Source: Vicugna vicugna (Eukaryota). Taken from it: 64,000 bases of DNA. This document shows positions 1 through 11,430 of this stretch, piece by piece. The position numbers and the translations under genes are program-made. Below the pieces are notes generated by a model. The model ran no database searches. It was not told the origin of the DNA and saw nothing but the letters and a program-made list of their open reading frames with translations. The DNA lies in the NCBI GenBank assembly GCA_013265495.1, contig MU061579.1, forward strand, positions 6,858,124 through 6,922,123, read 5' to 3'. Within the stretch, counting starts at the first letter, position 1; each line of letters opens with the position of its first letter.

Positions 1-299
1 ATGAAGGGAAAGTCTACTTAGAAGAAAACTGACCCAGAAGAAAACAAAATCAAACCAGGGAATGCTAAATTCAGAAAACTGGCCAATATAGCTTTTAAAA
101 TCTTACTTTTTGTACTAAAAAGAGAAAAACTAAAATTCTAGAAAACAAAAACAACATGCAGCAGGTGTTGAATGGGCAGTTGTACTGGGTCATTGATTTT
201 TCAGTAGTTGTACAAAAATGCAAAATTGTGAGTAAGTAAGCATTTTCAAAATGTAAGGGTATTGCAAAAAAAAATGGAAACATGGTCTATGACTTACAA

Positions 300-423
300 A
301 CCATAAGAAGGAAGAAAAGGAAATAATTATTTATGATCCAACAGAAAACATAAAGGAGACAAAAAAAGTAGTAAACAGAAAGGATGGTAACAGAATATGT
401 AAATTAAGGTGGTAGAAACAAAG
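300..423 (+). mobile_element. Old L1 (L1ME-like) fragment just upstream of ORF2
   Basis: A-rich tract ending AATTAAGGTGGTAGAAACAAAG resembles the L1M pre-ORF2 region and appears to resume at ~1194. Confidence 0.4.
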
Positions 424-1193
424 CTCCTATAGAAACATTTTTCTCTTAAAGTCAGTGTTGGGGGGAAGGGTATAGCTCAGTGGTAGAGTGTATGCCTAGC
501 TTGCACAAGGTCCTGGGTTCAATCCCCAGTACCTCCATCAAAAATAAATAAATAAATAAACTTAATTACCTATGCCCTAAAAAAATTTTTTTAATTAAAA
601 ATTAAAGTCAATATTCAGTCCTGAAAATCAGATATTCTACATAAAGTGCTAACCACAAACCTGTCTTTATTTTAAGGGGCAGAAAAATGTGAAGTTTCAA
701 TTTCAATTTAAAAATTTCAATTTAAAAATTCTTCACCAATTTACAGTTTCTCTAAAATAAAACTAAAACATAGTAAAATGTCCAATTGTATAACTAATAA
801 ATTATAATGACAGGATATGAAATGTTTAATGCATTGCTCCCTGATCATCAATTAATATGGTTGTTAGCAAACAACTGCTTTAAGTCCAGTGACATAGTCT
901 TCCCAGAAGCCAGGAATTCTGAGTCACACTTGCCCTTTGTTGATATTGGTCCATTTATCAAAATGTCTGCAAGTGAGTCTGAAGTTCTTTTTATTGCATT
1001 TGGAATATAACACATGACTTTTCTTATACAGCAATTTGTTGAAATTTGGGGTATTGGATTGGATGTAAACATAAATTTTTCATGTGTAAACATCAGCCAG
1101 AAAGCCTCGTATTGAGAAGTATGACTGTTCTAAGAAGGCATTGTTAAGGAAATTGTTCTGGAAAAACATTAGTAAGAAAGATATTCTATGGGG
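424..1193 (-). mobile_element. Candidate internally deleted DNA transposon (piggyBac/Looper-like; hAT is the alternative)
   Basis: Imperfect terminal inverted repeats: TCCTATAGAAACATTTTTCT (425-444) vs the reverse complement of 1175-1193, CCCCATAGAATATCTTTCT. The minus strand carries frameshifted Cys-containing peptide remnants. It interrupts an L1 fragment. Confidence 0.4.
460..601 (+). mobile_element. tRNA-derived camelid SINE (Vic-1 type)
   Basis: GGGGAAGGGTATAGCTCAGTGGTAGAG (A box) ... GGTTCAATCCCCAGTACCTCC (B box), then an (AAAT)n/AT-rich tail. TSD TTAAAGTCAGTGTT (446-459) / TTAAAGTCAATATT (602-615). Confidence 0.9.
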
Positions 1194-1352
1194 TATAATT
1201 AAAATAAATTATAATAATCAAACATACCAATTAAAAAAGATTATCAGGCTGGAAATATAAAACAAAATCTAGTTATATGCTACAGGAAAAAGACACACCT
1301 AAAATGACCACACAGGTGGTTGAAAATAACAGCATAGGGAAGATATACCCTG
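1194..1352 (+). mobile_element. L1 ORF2 endonuclease N-terminal fragment (old L1M)
   Basis: CCAATTAAAAAAGATTATCAGGCTGG...ATATGCTACAGGAAAAAGACACACCTAAAA...GGTTGAAAATAAC corresponds to the decayed PIKR..L..W..Q....CCLQETHL...RLKIKGW motif. Confidence 0.7.
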
Positions 1353-1367
1353 AGTATTAAATAATAG

Positions 1368-1668
1368 TAGGTTCTTTTATGAGTGACAGAAAAGTCAAAA
1401 GGATCGTGCTTAGGCATGTTGGAAGTTAGCTAGCTTGTCTCGCCTATAAACGGAGTTTGGAGGTCAGTACCTAGGGCTGACAAGGCAGCTTCACTCGATG
1501 GAATCTTACTTAACCAAAGCTTCTTCCTCTTCACAGCTCTACCACCCCTAGGCTGAGACCCTCACTCTCATGGTCCAATATGGTAGAATCTACATTCTAG
1601 GTGGCAGGATTGAGGAAGGAATGAAGAGAGAAAAAGAATGTGCCATCCATCTTAAGGAATGTTCCTCA
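1368..1668 (-). mobile_element. Old MaLR LTR fragment (MLT1J/K/L-like)
   Basis: GAGTGACAGAAAA, CTAGGGCTGACAAGGCAGCT, CTCTCATGGTCC and ACATTCTAGGTGGCAGGA resemble an MLT1 LTR in reverse. Confidence 0.5.
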
Positions 1669-1669
1669 T

Positions 1670-1862
1670 GCTTTACACATACAAATCCACTTAATCCTCA
1701 AATAGTCCCAAGAAATGAAAACTGATGTCATTGCAATGCAGAAGGGGAGACTGAGGCACAGAGAGAAATGAGTTGCCCAAGTCACATGACTAGTTAAGTG
1801 GTACAGAATTAGAACATAGGGTGTCTGACTCCAGAGCTTGTATTGTTAAACACTACAATACT
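1670..1862 (-). mobile_element. MIR SINE
   Basis: Reverse MIR core GAGACTGAGGCACAGAGAG...TTGCCCAAGTCACATGACTAG...GTCTGACTCCAGAGC. Confidence 0.85.
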
Positions 1863-2489
1863 GAAAAATAGCTTAATTTCTCTGGACCAGCATTCTTTTA
1901 TCTGTGAAATCAAAAAGATGGTATAGATGGGGGGTTCAAAAACTGATGTCAAGTGTGCCAAATAAGGTCTACAAATGAGTTTTATTTGGTTTTTTTGTTT
2001 TGTTTTGTTTTAAAATTCCTTTAAGTAGGACATGCACTACCCAATCTGCCAAGACCTTACTACCTCCCTATACTTTCTTTTATATCAGCTTTTCTTATCA
2101 TTACCTTCTGGCACCAGAAGACATTTAAGTTGGAGACACATAGATAAGATGGTTTCCCTTCTAGCTCTACACTGCTATCAAGGGAGGAAACAGTTTTCTG
2201 AGGAATGTTCACCAAAATCATCCATAGTGTACTTGATTGAGCCTTACGTAAATAAAATAGCTCCAAGAATTACTAGAAACTTCATTAAAATGAAACAGTT
2301 AACAAGGTGTAAGCAGCTTGTGTATCCTTTACTAAATTTATATATACTAAATATATACGGCAAACTGCGAACTCTAGAGATTAATATGATGTGGTGCTAA
2401 TATTAGTTTTCAACCCACATTCTTTACAATATGGGGACACCCCCAGAATACAACTGGTTAGTAAATAGTCTATCCATTTGCTTTTGTTT

Positions 2490-2700
2490 TACTGGTGTTT
2501 TTAAAGCAGTTTTAGGTTCACAGAAAAAGAGGGGAAGGTACAGAGATTCCCATGTGTACTCTATCCCCACACATGCATAGCCTCCCCCTTTATCAGCATC
2601 TCCCAACAGATGTTGATATATTTGTTTCAGTTGGTGAACCTACACTGACACTCACAATCACCCAAAGTCCATAGTTTACATTATGGCTCACTCTTTTGTT
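2490..2700 (-). mobile_element. L1MC-type 3' end
   Basis: AGCAGTTTTAGGTTCACAG...GTACAGAGATTCCCAT...GAACCTACACTGACAC...CACCCAAAGTCCATAGTTTACATT matches an L1MC1/2 3' terminus in reverse. Confidence 0.8.
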
Positions 2701-4227
2701 CACCTAGTTTTATATTCATCTTCTACTTCATTACCTTGATTTCATGTCTCTGACCTAAACCACCTGAATATGCTTCTTAATTAAAGTTATGCTGACCCAG
2801 TGGTTGCTTGTTTCAGGACCAATATGCTAATTGAGAGGACTTCTCAATATCTCTGTCTGTGATTGCTTGAGGTTGAGTGAGGCTTTGAAATCTAAACCCA
2901 CTGCTTCATCTACCAGGTCATGGCTCTTGCATTCCTTGCTTTGACACTGGCTGTTTGTTTCTTTTCCTAATGGCTATTGTACTTTGCTTCTGGGGCTGTT
3001 TGGGTGCAGGCAGAGAGAAAGAAGGTGGTTAAGTTTACCTACCTTGTGGTTTAGCTATCAAGTGTAACAAAAGGACAAAGGAACAAGGGAGTGAGAGCAT
3101 CTTTATAGTGACAAACATTAAGTCCACATTGGCAAAGGGGAAAGTGAAGATTAAAAAAAAGGCTGATGGACAGGAACAAATTGGGGAACACATGTTCTGG
3201 GAAGGATTAGGTTCCCTGATACATCGAAAAAATATTGAAGTATCTTTTTTCTGTGTTCTGGAAATTAGGGTATGGGTGAAAGCATTGAAAGGTAAGCTCT
3301 CACAGGAGAAATTATTTGAATTGATGCTACATTTGCTCTCAATAGAAATGTTGCAGTTGATTAATCCATAAATCAGTAAAATGATAAGAAGGATAAAAAT
3401 CACATTGGAAATTAATTAACAGACCTTAGATAGTCTAAAAACTGAATCATGATAAGGAAGCAGGTTGTCACTTCTCATTAAGACTTCAGAATTTAAAAAA
3501 AAAACTGCTTTCAGAGACAAGAATGTGCTGCTAAATTCAATACTTCATCAAGAGATGAGGGCATGAAGGAGAGCTACTGAAAAGAAAAGAAAAGAAATGA
3601 ATGTTTTCTCTCCCCAATCTGTTCCAAATGGAGTCATATAATGATGGATGTTTTAATTTACTTAGCGTGCTCCAAAGAGCAGAAGGCAGGTTAATTCCAT
3701 GGATATTTGCATATTTAGAAACCATTACTTAAAGAAATAGCACATCATCAAATAGTTAATTCTTATAAGGAAATATGATTCCTGAGTTGTGTCATATGAT
3801 ATGAAAAGAAAGAAAATAAAATAAAACGGAAGGAGGTATAACAGGTTCTAAAACTTTTCATGATGAAGACTTCTAAGTATAAAGTGCATGTGTAATCAAA
3901 GCATGTGTATCTGAATAACAGTTTAAAATATGAATGAATGTGTCCCACACACCCCCTGTCTCTTCCTAAGGCACTTTTTTGGACCACCTGGCCCTTCCCC
4001 ATTCAAAACTAGATTAACGTTTAATCTATCCCTTGCCATAGGGTAGATTTTAACAGCTGAACACAGATCACAAGGGAGTCATCTCTGTCATGTTCGAATC
4101 ATCTAAAGTCTCTTGAAATTTACAACAGAGGCACTAGTTTGAAAGAAAAGATGTTCTGAAAATCAAAGCAAAGCCCTGAAGGACCTGAGATATAAAGTTT
4201 ATGCCATAAAAAATACATTTGGGAGAG

Positions 4228-4435
4228 TAGATAAAGGCCATGATAACCTTATCCCCTGAATAAAAATTCTATCAACTAGGAAAGAGGGAAGAGTTGCCAA
4301 GTGAAAGAAGAGAGAACATATCTCAGTGTGTCCCTGACAGGGATGCTGTGTCTTACCCCTTACCTGAAGTCCAGAAGCGGTTGAGGAGCTTCACAAAAAT
4401 TTATGTAAGTTGTGGGTCTGTAATTCCAATTACAT
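4228..4435. repeat. Copy 1 (A+B) of a local duplication
   Basis: 4228-4305 recurs directly at 6210-6287; 4308-4435 recurs inverted at 6292-6421. Confidence 0.95.
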
Positions 4436-5225
4436 GTTATATGCGTTAGGAATGTTGGATTTTTTAAATCCTCATTTTTATAAGGTTACAGGTTTGGAGA
4501 ATTGAAAGCAGAGGTTTGGAATCTGTGCCTTGCCTTGCAGGGGAAGAAAAGACACCCTATGACTGGGGAACCATCAAAGTGAAAATGATATAAGATTAGT
4601 AGTTAGGCAGACACACCTAAAGCATCCTCTTAGAGTTCTCCTGCTTCCCAATGTGGCACAGGAACAAACAGAACTTTCCTCATGTGGCCAAGAATGATGA
4701 GGCTATGTCCTAGAGAGCTGAGAGCCCTGACCCTTGGAAGGCCTGGTGGTTGAAATCATGAGGGCACTGAGGTAATCCACATGGACCAACAAGTGAAGGA
4801 TAGAGGCTGCTGAGAATGTCCCAAGGGACACCATCCTGGTTGCCTTGGGACCAGATGTTCTTTGCTTTCTCTCTGCCATATCCTCATTCTCATACCTTGG
4901 CACTAAACCAGATCCTCAAGACTTAGGCAAAATATTGGCATCATGAGGAATAAAGTTAATGATTAGCTGAGACAACCAGGAATTGACTATCAAAACCCAG
5001 AACTTACTTTTTGGAGAATTGGAGGACATGAAATAAAAATTAAAATCTTCTTTAGTAAGAAATAAAGTAGATTTTTTTTTCTGCTCTGGAGTTTGTGCTT
5101 GAAAAGTTAATGGCATCTTCAAGTACACACAAAATCCAGACCAACAGCAGAGATGCATTATGGGGCAGATATTCATTTTTATGAAAAAATTATTTATTTT
5201 ATAAAATAATGCACCAGATTTCAAT

Positions 5226-5310
5226 GTATACAAATATTGAATCATTATGTTGTACACCTGAAACTAATATAATGCTATATGTCAATTATACCTTAATTTA
5301 AAACTTTAAA
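5226..5310 (+). mobile_element. Short L1 extreme 3' end
   Basis: GAATCATTATGTTGTACACCTGAAACTAATATAATGCTATATGTCAATTATACC followed by an A-rich tail. Confidence 0.8.
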
Positions 5311-6209
5311 AATAAAGAAGGAATAATGTATATATTATATATCTAACAACATCTAAAAATAAATAAAAAGTAAAATAAAATAAAATACTGCACCAAGAAA
5401 TGTTTTTCAAAGTTCTTTACTCTAAATGCATATAACATATCATTGGAATTATAGAAATGTAATTTATATAAATTTGGGGAAACTCCTCAGTTATCTAAAG
5501 CCTACTTAACAAAACTCAAGCATCCACATTCCTACAGAGCTGAGGGAACTCATGCCTCTTTCATTTAGAATCCAGTCAGAAACAGCTGAGGTTAACGTGA
5601 GTGAGCAAATGGACAGGCTATGTGCATAGGAAAGTGGAAACACTTGCAGAGATGTGATGGTGAAGTTTGAGCCTCCTTTGATGTCATTCAAAAAAAGTTC
5701 AGTTGTAGATAGGGAGGAATTCGATTGGGGGTGAACACTGGAGAACCACATGTGTACCAGCACATGTGTGCAACCATGGGAATAAAACAAAAAGAGAAAC
5801 AAGGAAATTCTGTAGGAGGTGGAGCAGGGTTGTTTAGCAATCACCGTAGCCTGATGAGTAGGATGAGTTTCTCTCAAGTCCTCATTTTTGGAGCTGTTTC
5901 TCCCACCTGCAATGTGAATATGGGTGCTTGTTCATCAGCTTGATTGCTCGATAAGTTGCAGAAGACAGAGTATGGTCTGGAGAGATCCAGTCATGTTTAG
6001 GACTGCCCTTCACCTCCACCAATTAGCCTCATTGCACCCCTCTTTCCCACTTTACTCTTATAAGCTGCTCAGGGCATCACCTGTGAACTTGAGTTCTCTT
6101 TCTCAGGGCATAAAATGTGCCAGCAAAGTTTCAATAACCACCTTATTTCTTTAGTCACAAACTAGGTTTGAGCAAGAGTATGAAATGGAATGAAGTATGG
6201 TATGAAGGA

Positions 6210-6421
6210 TAGATAAAGGCCACGATAACCTTGTCCCCTGAATAAAAATTCTATAAACTAGGAAAGAGGGAGGAGTTGCCAAGGGAATTGGATGTAATTG
6301 AAATTACAGACACACAATTTACATAAACTTTTGTGAAGCTCCTCAACTGCTTCTGGACTTGAGGGTTGAGGGTAAGACACAAAATCCTTATCAGGGACAC
6401 ACTGAGATATGTTTTTCCCTT
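6210..6421. repeat. Copy 2 (A + inverted B) of the local duplication
   Basis: The direct part matches 4228-4305 at 73/78 positions; the remainder is the reverse complement of 4308-4435 with scattered mismatches. Confidence 0.95.
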
Positions 6422-6567
6422 GCTTCCAGGCACATAAGATTACAACACTTATTCAAGACACATAGGATCTCCATAAAGTGCAGGACAACAAAACAAGCAC
6501 ATTTAAAGCACTTATAGTATGAAGGGGAAAAACGCATTTATATGTGTTTGTGTATATATATGAAATA

Positions 6568-7376
6568 TAGTAAATTCTTTTTATTCGTGGTAATTATGTT
6601 TTAGGAACTCACTATGAACTGTGAATAAGAGAATTGCTTCCAGAGGAGATAAAGGTTAGGTTCCCATAAGCTTCTGGTCACAACATTGTCATCAACTGAT
6701 CAACACATAACCTTGCTTTATGTATATTTCTGTTTAAAGACTCCTTTTTAAATATATAATCATCCCTTGGTACCTGCAGGGGATTGGTTCCAGGACCTGG
6801 CAGGGATACCAAAATCTAAGGATGCTCTATACCCATAGTTGGCTCTCCGTATCCACAGTTCTACATCCACAGAACCAACCAACCAGGGATCTCGTAGTAT
6901 TGTAGTATTTATTATGGAAAAAAACCTGTATATAATGTACTCATGCATTTCAAACCCATGTTGTTCAAGGGTTATCTGTATTGCTACGTCAATAATATTG
7001 AACTCACAACAGCACAGTACCTTTATCTGAACAAAGCTTATTAAATGCAGGTATTTTCCCCATTAGGCCTATCATAGCCTTCTTGCACTTAGAAACACTA
7101 AGCAGCACTTCAGCACTGTATTTGGGGACCATTTTAAAGAGCAAGATCACCAACAGGAAAGACAAAAAAATGCTAAAAATGTGGCACTAAATAGACCACA
7201 CAAAAAGAATGCTTGTTTTCAGTATGAGAGCTGAAATAAGAAGGCAGAATATCACCTTATTCAGCCTCAACTGGGAACACACAAATCAGACAATTCAAAT
7301 TTAGGAGGTTACAAATAAATTTTAGTGAGAAGGCAAGTTTGCAAGTAGAAAATTTGTGAATAATGAGGATCAACTA
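6568..7376. mobile_element. MER82-type Tigger (Tc1/mariner) non-autonomous element, interrupted
   Basis: Decayed TIRs TAGTAAATTCTTTTTATTCGTGG ... TTTGTGAATAATGAGGATCAACTA flanked by TA. Internal GGTTAGGTTCC...TCTGGTCACAACATT and GGCACTAAATAGACC match the MER82 consensus as I recall it. Confidence 0.8.
6757..6978. mobile_element. MER2/MER8-family Tigger MITE nested in MER82
   Basis: GGGGATTGGTTCCAGGACC...GATACCAAAATC at the start and TTCAAACCCATGTTGTTCAAGGGTTATCTG at the end, with TA on both sides. Confidence 0.85.
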
Positions 7377-7539
7377 TATTTGAGACTCATAGCTGTTAGT
7401 GGATGCAAACTAGGAAGGTGATTTTTTCTTCATTAATGAGAGAATGAACTGTTGAAAAATTTTCTTCATTCCTATTTGTATTCAGACTTAGGAGTGCTCC
7501 AAATGTTTGTAGCAATCTACATGTTGTCTATCACAGAAC

Positions 7540-7990
7540 ATTGCAGAAAGCTTCTCTGGAAACAGACTCCGAGGTAGTGATTTGCATGCACAAGATGTAC
7601 CAGGAAATGATTCTGGGATCAACCCCTGTGGGGAAATGAGGGCACTGGGGTGAGAAAGGACACACTTACCTGAGGTGAAGTCACAGGGACCCCACAGGGG
7701 CAGGAAAGCAGGTAGAGGATGCTGGAGCTAGAACGGCCCTCAGAGTTGTCCCACAGAGCAGCTGGGGTTTCGCGACTACTCCTATGACAAGTCAGTAGAT
7801 GCAGGCTGTCCCTCACAAAGAGCTGTGATGTTAGGTGTGGTAGTTCCCTTCAGCAGATGGCAATTCCTAAAGAGAGACCTAGCTGTATGAAGTCGCAATC
7901 ACCGTCAGCATTCCCAGCAGTGGGAGGTGTGGATGCCTGAGTCACGCAGGGAGAATGTGGGCAGTATACCCCAACACCTGCAAAACTGTG
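7540..7990 (-). mobile_element. LTR16-type ERVL solo LTR
   Basis: CTGGAAACAGACTCCGAGG...GATTTGCATGCA...GGATCAACCCCTGTGGGG...GCCCTTCAGAGTTGTCCC; similar in reverse to the LTR at 45593-45998. Confidence 0.7.
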
Positions 7991-8065
7991 CCAAGCACAA
8001 CAGGGCATTTCTAGTGACTTAGTTCAGGACAGTCTCAATGATGTTTAACAAAGAGATAGAACTAC

Positions 8066-8557
8066 TGGTAGTGACAGAATAATGGCCTCCCCCACAAAGA
8101 TGTCCATTCCCTAATCCCCAGAACTTGTGATTATGTTACTTTACATGGCAAATGGGATTTTGCATATGTGATTATAAAGAAGGGAATGGTTATCTTGGAG
8201 AGTACAGGTATGTCCAGTGTAACCACATGAATCCCTTAAAGTGGAGAACCTTTCCAGGCTGCCCAGAACTGGAGATACGGCAGTATGAGAAGGCCTCCAT
8301 CTGGTGTTGCTGACTTTGAAAATGAAAGGAGAGGGCCATGAGCCACGGAATGTGGGCGGCCTCTAGAAGCTGAAAAAGGCGGGAAAAAAAAAAAAGGATT
8401 GTGCCCTAGAGCCTCCAGAAAGGTATGCAGCCCTGAATTTTAGCCCAGTGAGACCCATGTTGGACTTTGACATAAAAAACCGTAAGATAATAAATGTGTA
8501 TTATTTAAGACACCACATTTGTGGTAATTTGTTACAGCAGCAATGTAAATGCATACA
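8066..8557 (+). mobile_element. MLT1D-type MaLR solo LTR
   Basis: CAGAATAATGGCC...AAAGATGTCC...CTAATCCCCAGAAC...GGCCTCTAGAAGCTG...GCCCAGTGAGACCCATG...GTGGTAATTTGTTACAGCAGCAAT...TACA. Confidence 0.9.
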
Positions 8558-9355
8558 TGAGCTATCAGAGTAGTGACTGTTACTCCCAGGCTGAGAGAAA
8601 AGGGAGGCACCCCAGTGCACCAAGCTGCAGAGTGAAGGTGCAGGGACTTCCCAGCAAGCTGTGGAAGTCATCCTGGGAGCTGGCCACTTTTCAGGTGATC
8701 TCTTTTTTTTTTTTTTTTTTCACTATTGCATCTCAGTAATGTTCTGGAGCCATTTATTTCCTTTATTTTTCTCTCCCTAAACTACTCATTACTGAATCTC
8801 ACACCTGCATAGCCATTATCTGTTAATTTGCTAGCAGCAAAACCTTGTGTGACTCACAATGGGGCATCCTGGCCCTGCCTAACAGCTGTCCCTTCAGGAA
8901 GTCAGGAGAGCCATCTTTCCTGTTGTTCTTCATGCCATTAGCCTTCCCTGAAAGGGAACAACTCCCAAAGTCCATGCTAAAATACTGAAGTGCAATTCTG
9001 TTACTTGCCCAGGAATGTGCCTACCTACTCTATGTCTCAACTTGTATTTAATGATGGAAGTAGAACAGTGTACAAGAAAGACACAGTCCTTACCTCCAAA
9101 GAACTTAGTGAGAGGTATAGACAGGAGTTTAATATAGCTTGTATGTTCTTTGATAGAGAAATGCAGGCTTCTAATGACCATGCTGGAGAATTGGATAATT
9201 GCTTATCAGTCAGGGAGGGTTTCTCTGGCGAAGTGTCACTGAAATTGAGGCTTGGAGAATGTATAGAAAATAGCTAGACAAGTGGGGTAATAAAAAAAAG
9301 AGTGTTTCAGGCAGATAGAACATGAAAAAGTGCAGAGGAAATAGTGAAAAATCAC

Positions 9356-9602
9356 CAATGTTTATTGAATGTTGTGCTGAGACCTGTGCTAAGTGCTTTA
9401 CATACATGATTTCACCTCATTTTCACAACAACCCAGTGAGGTACACACTATTATTAATTCCATTTTCCATATAGGAAAACTGAGGAACAGTGAGTTTATG
9501 GATCTTGCGATGATACAGCATATAAGTAGTTGAATATACACTTGAGCCCAAATAATCTGGCCATAGAATCCTCATGTTTAATCAGTATTTTGCACTATTA
9601 CT
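9356..9602 (-). mobile_element. MIR SINE (within an L2 fragment spanning ~9050-9800)
   Basis: GTGCTAAGTGCTTTACATAC...CACAACAACCCAGTGAGGTAC...GAAAACTGAGG is the reverse MIR core. Confidence 0.8.
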
Positions 9603-9875
9603 GTTGGAGTCCTGAGCAAAAGACACCATGGCTCATTGCAAGAACTGAAGTAAGTTCCATATGCTTGGGGCTGAGAATGGTGGAGGCAGGGAATTGGATT
9701 CAGTAATGGCAGGAAATGAAGCAGAAGTTTTCATTTATGGCAGATAATCGTATTTGTCCAGTACTCAAGATTTCATCAATGTTTGATGAGGATTTGGAAG
9801 CTGTGGGATTCAGTGGGAAGGGCATAGATTTTGGTATCAGCCTTGAGATCCAACCCTCCCTCTTCTGCTTAGTAG

Positions 9876-10300
9876 TAATGCCATTTACAGCAACATGGAT
9901 GGACCTAGAGATTATCATAATAAGTGAAATAAGTCAGACAGAGAAAGACAGATAACATAGGATATCACTTATATGTGGAATCTAAAATATGATACAAATG
10001 AGCTTATTTACAAAGCAGAAACAGGCTCACAGACATAGAAAACAAACTTCGGGTCACCAAAGGGGAAAAGTGGGGGAGGGATAAATTGGGAGTTTGGGAT
10101 TAACAGATACACATTACTGTATATGAAATAGATAAAGAACAAAGACCTACTATATAGCACATGGAACTGTATTTAATATCTTATAATAACCTATAATGGA
10201 AAAGAATCTTTAAAAGAATATATATATATATATGAATCACTTTGCTGTATACCTGAAACTAACACAGCATTGTTTATCAACTATACTCCAATAAAAAAAA
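9876..10300 (+). mobile_element. 5'-truncated cetartiodactyl L1 (L1_Art-like) 3' end
   Basis: ORF2 C-terminus MPFTATWMDLEIII.SEISQTEKD, 3'UTR GGGATAAATTGGGAGTTTGGGATTAACAGATAC, then AATAAA and poly(A). Confidence 0.92.
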
Positions 10301-10881
10301 AGATTCACTCCCCCCAAAAGAACCCACAAAAACCAATTTAACTTAAGAACATTCTTTAAGCTCTCTGTACATTTTCTTCTGTGCTCCTATCTGTGCCTTG
10401 GAGATTAAAATAACAAAGAGTTGTTGTGAGGATTTCATGGTGTAGAACCTAAGCGTCTAGCATATAGTCAGTAGAAGCCCAAATGTTCAGTTTTTTCCCT
10501 CCCCTATGGAGGGACAGGGCAGACTATATGAATGTCTCTGCATGATTCAGCCAACACAGAGCAAGAACATGAACAAAAGTGGATGCTGACCCACAAATTT
10601 TAAAATATTGCACTGGACTTGAATTTCAAACCTCAAATTTCATTGAGCCAAAATTTAAACACCAAGGGAAGTGTGGTATGGAGGGAGGCCAATGTATTAG
10701 AATTCAGGAAATGTGTGCTCAACTGTCTGCTCTACTGCAAGTAACTGTGGGACCCACTTCTTATCTGAAATAAAAGCAGGTTGAACCTGATGCCCTCTGT
10801 GTACTACTCAGAACTAGCTTCAAACAGGACTAGAAAAATCAAATTGATCTCTGAATTAAGCTAGGATTTGCAGGTTAAATT

Positions 10882-10965
10882 AAGAAAGGAAGGAAGGAAG
10901 GAAGGAGGGAAGGGAGGGAGGGAGAGAGAAAGAAAAGAAAGAAAGGAAGGAAGGAAGGAAGAAAG

Positions 10966-11051
<86 letters not shown>

Positions 11052-11176
11052 GAAGAAAGGAAGAAAGGAAGAAAGGAAGAAAGAAAGGAAAGGAAGAAAG
11101 GAAGAAAGGAAGAAAGGAAGAGAAAGAAAGGAAGGAAGGAAGGAAGGAAGAAAGGAAGGAAGGAGGGAAGAAAGAA
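10882..11176 (+). repeat. Compound (GAAA)n/(GGAA)n microsatellite, 295-nt pure purine tract
   Basis: No pyrimidine between 10882 and 11176; long perfect GAAA run in the centre. Confidence 0.98.
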
Positions 11177-11269
11177 TTTAAATACTTTTTAAACAAATCA
11201 AAAAAGAAATTTATAACAGATATAAGCTTCTTGGGAGCCACATAGAAAGTATGCAGGAAGATAAGATGT

Positions 11270-11430
11270 AGGAGCTTTGATGTGAGAGAGACGTACATCC
11301 TAATTTGCTCTCTATGGTTTGCTGAATTTATCATCCAAAGTAAATCATTACCTCTTTAAATTTGTTTCTTCATCTATAAAATGAAAATGCTAACGTTCCT
11401 TCATAGAGTTGTGTTCAAGGAAGAAAAAAA
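11270..11430 (+). mobile_element. MIR SINE
   Basis: TGTTTCTTCATCTATAAAATGAAAATGCTAAC...TTCATAGAGTTGT is the MIR core. Confidence 0.65.

Noticed and set aside
460..540. tRNA-like sequence with A and B boxes
   Set aside because: It has an AT-rich tail and a TSD and matches a SINE head, so it is not a functional tRNA gene.
2032..2400. 122-aa ORF
   Set aside because: No homology that I recognise and no supporting gene structure.
3035..3403. Overlapping 122-aa (-) and 87-aa (+) ORFs in apparently unique sequence
   Set aside because: No recognisable domain, non-ATG starts and no convincing splice context; compatible with chance.
4450..5050. Possible ancient LTR (Gypsy-like) around duplication copy 1
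   Set aside because: An impression only; I could not fix termini or a family without a Dfam search.
10861..11334. 157-aa and 125-aa ORFs (F/L/S-rich and K/E/R-rich)
   Set aside because: Read-through of the GAAA/GGAA microsatellite, which has no stop codons.
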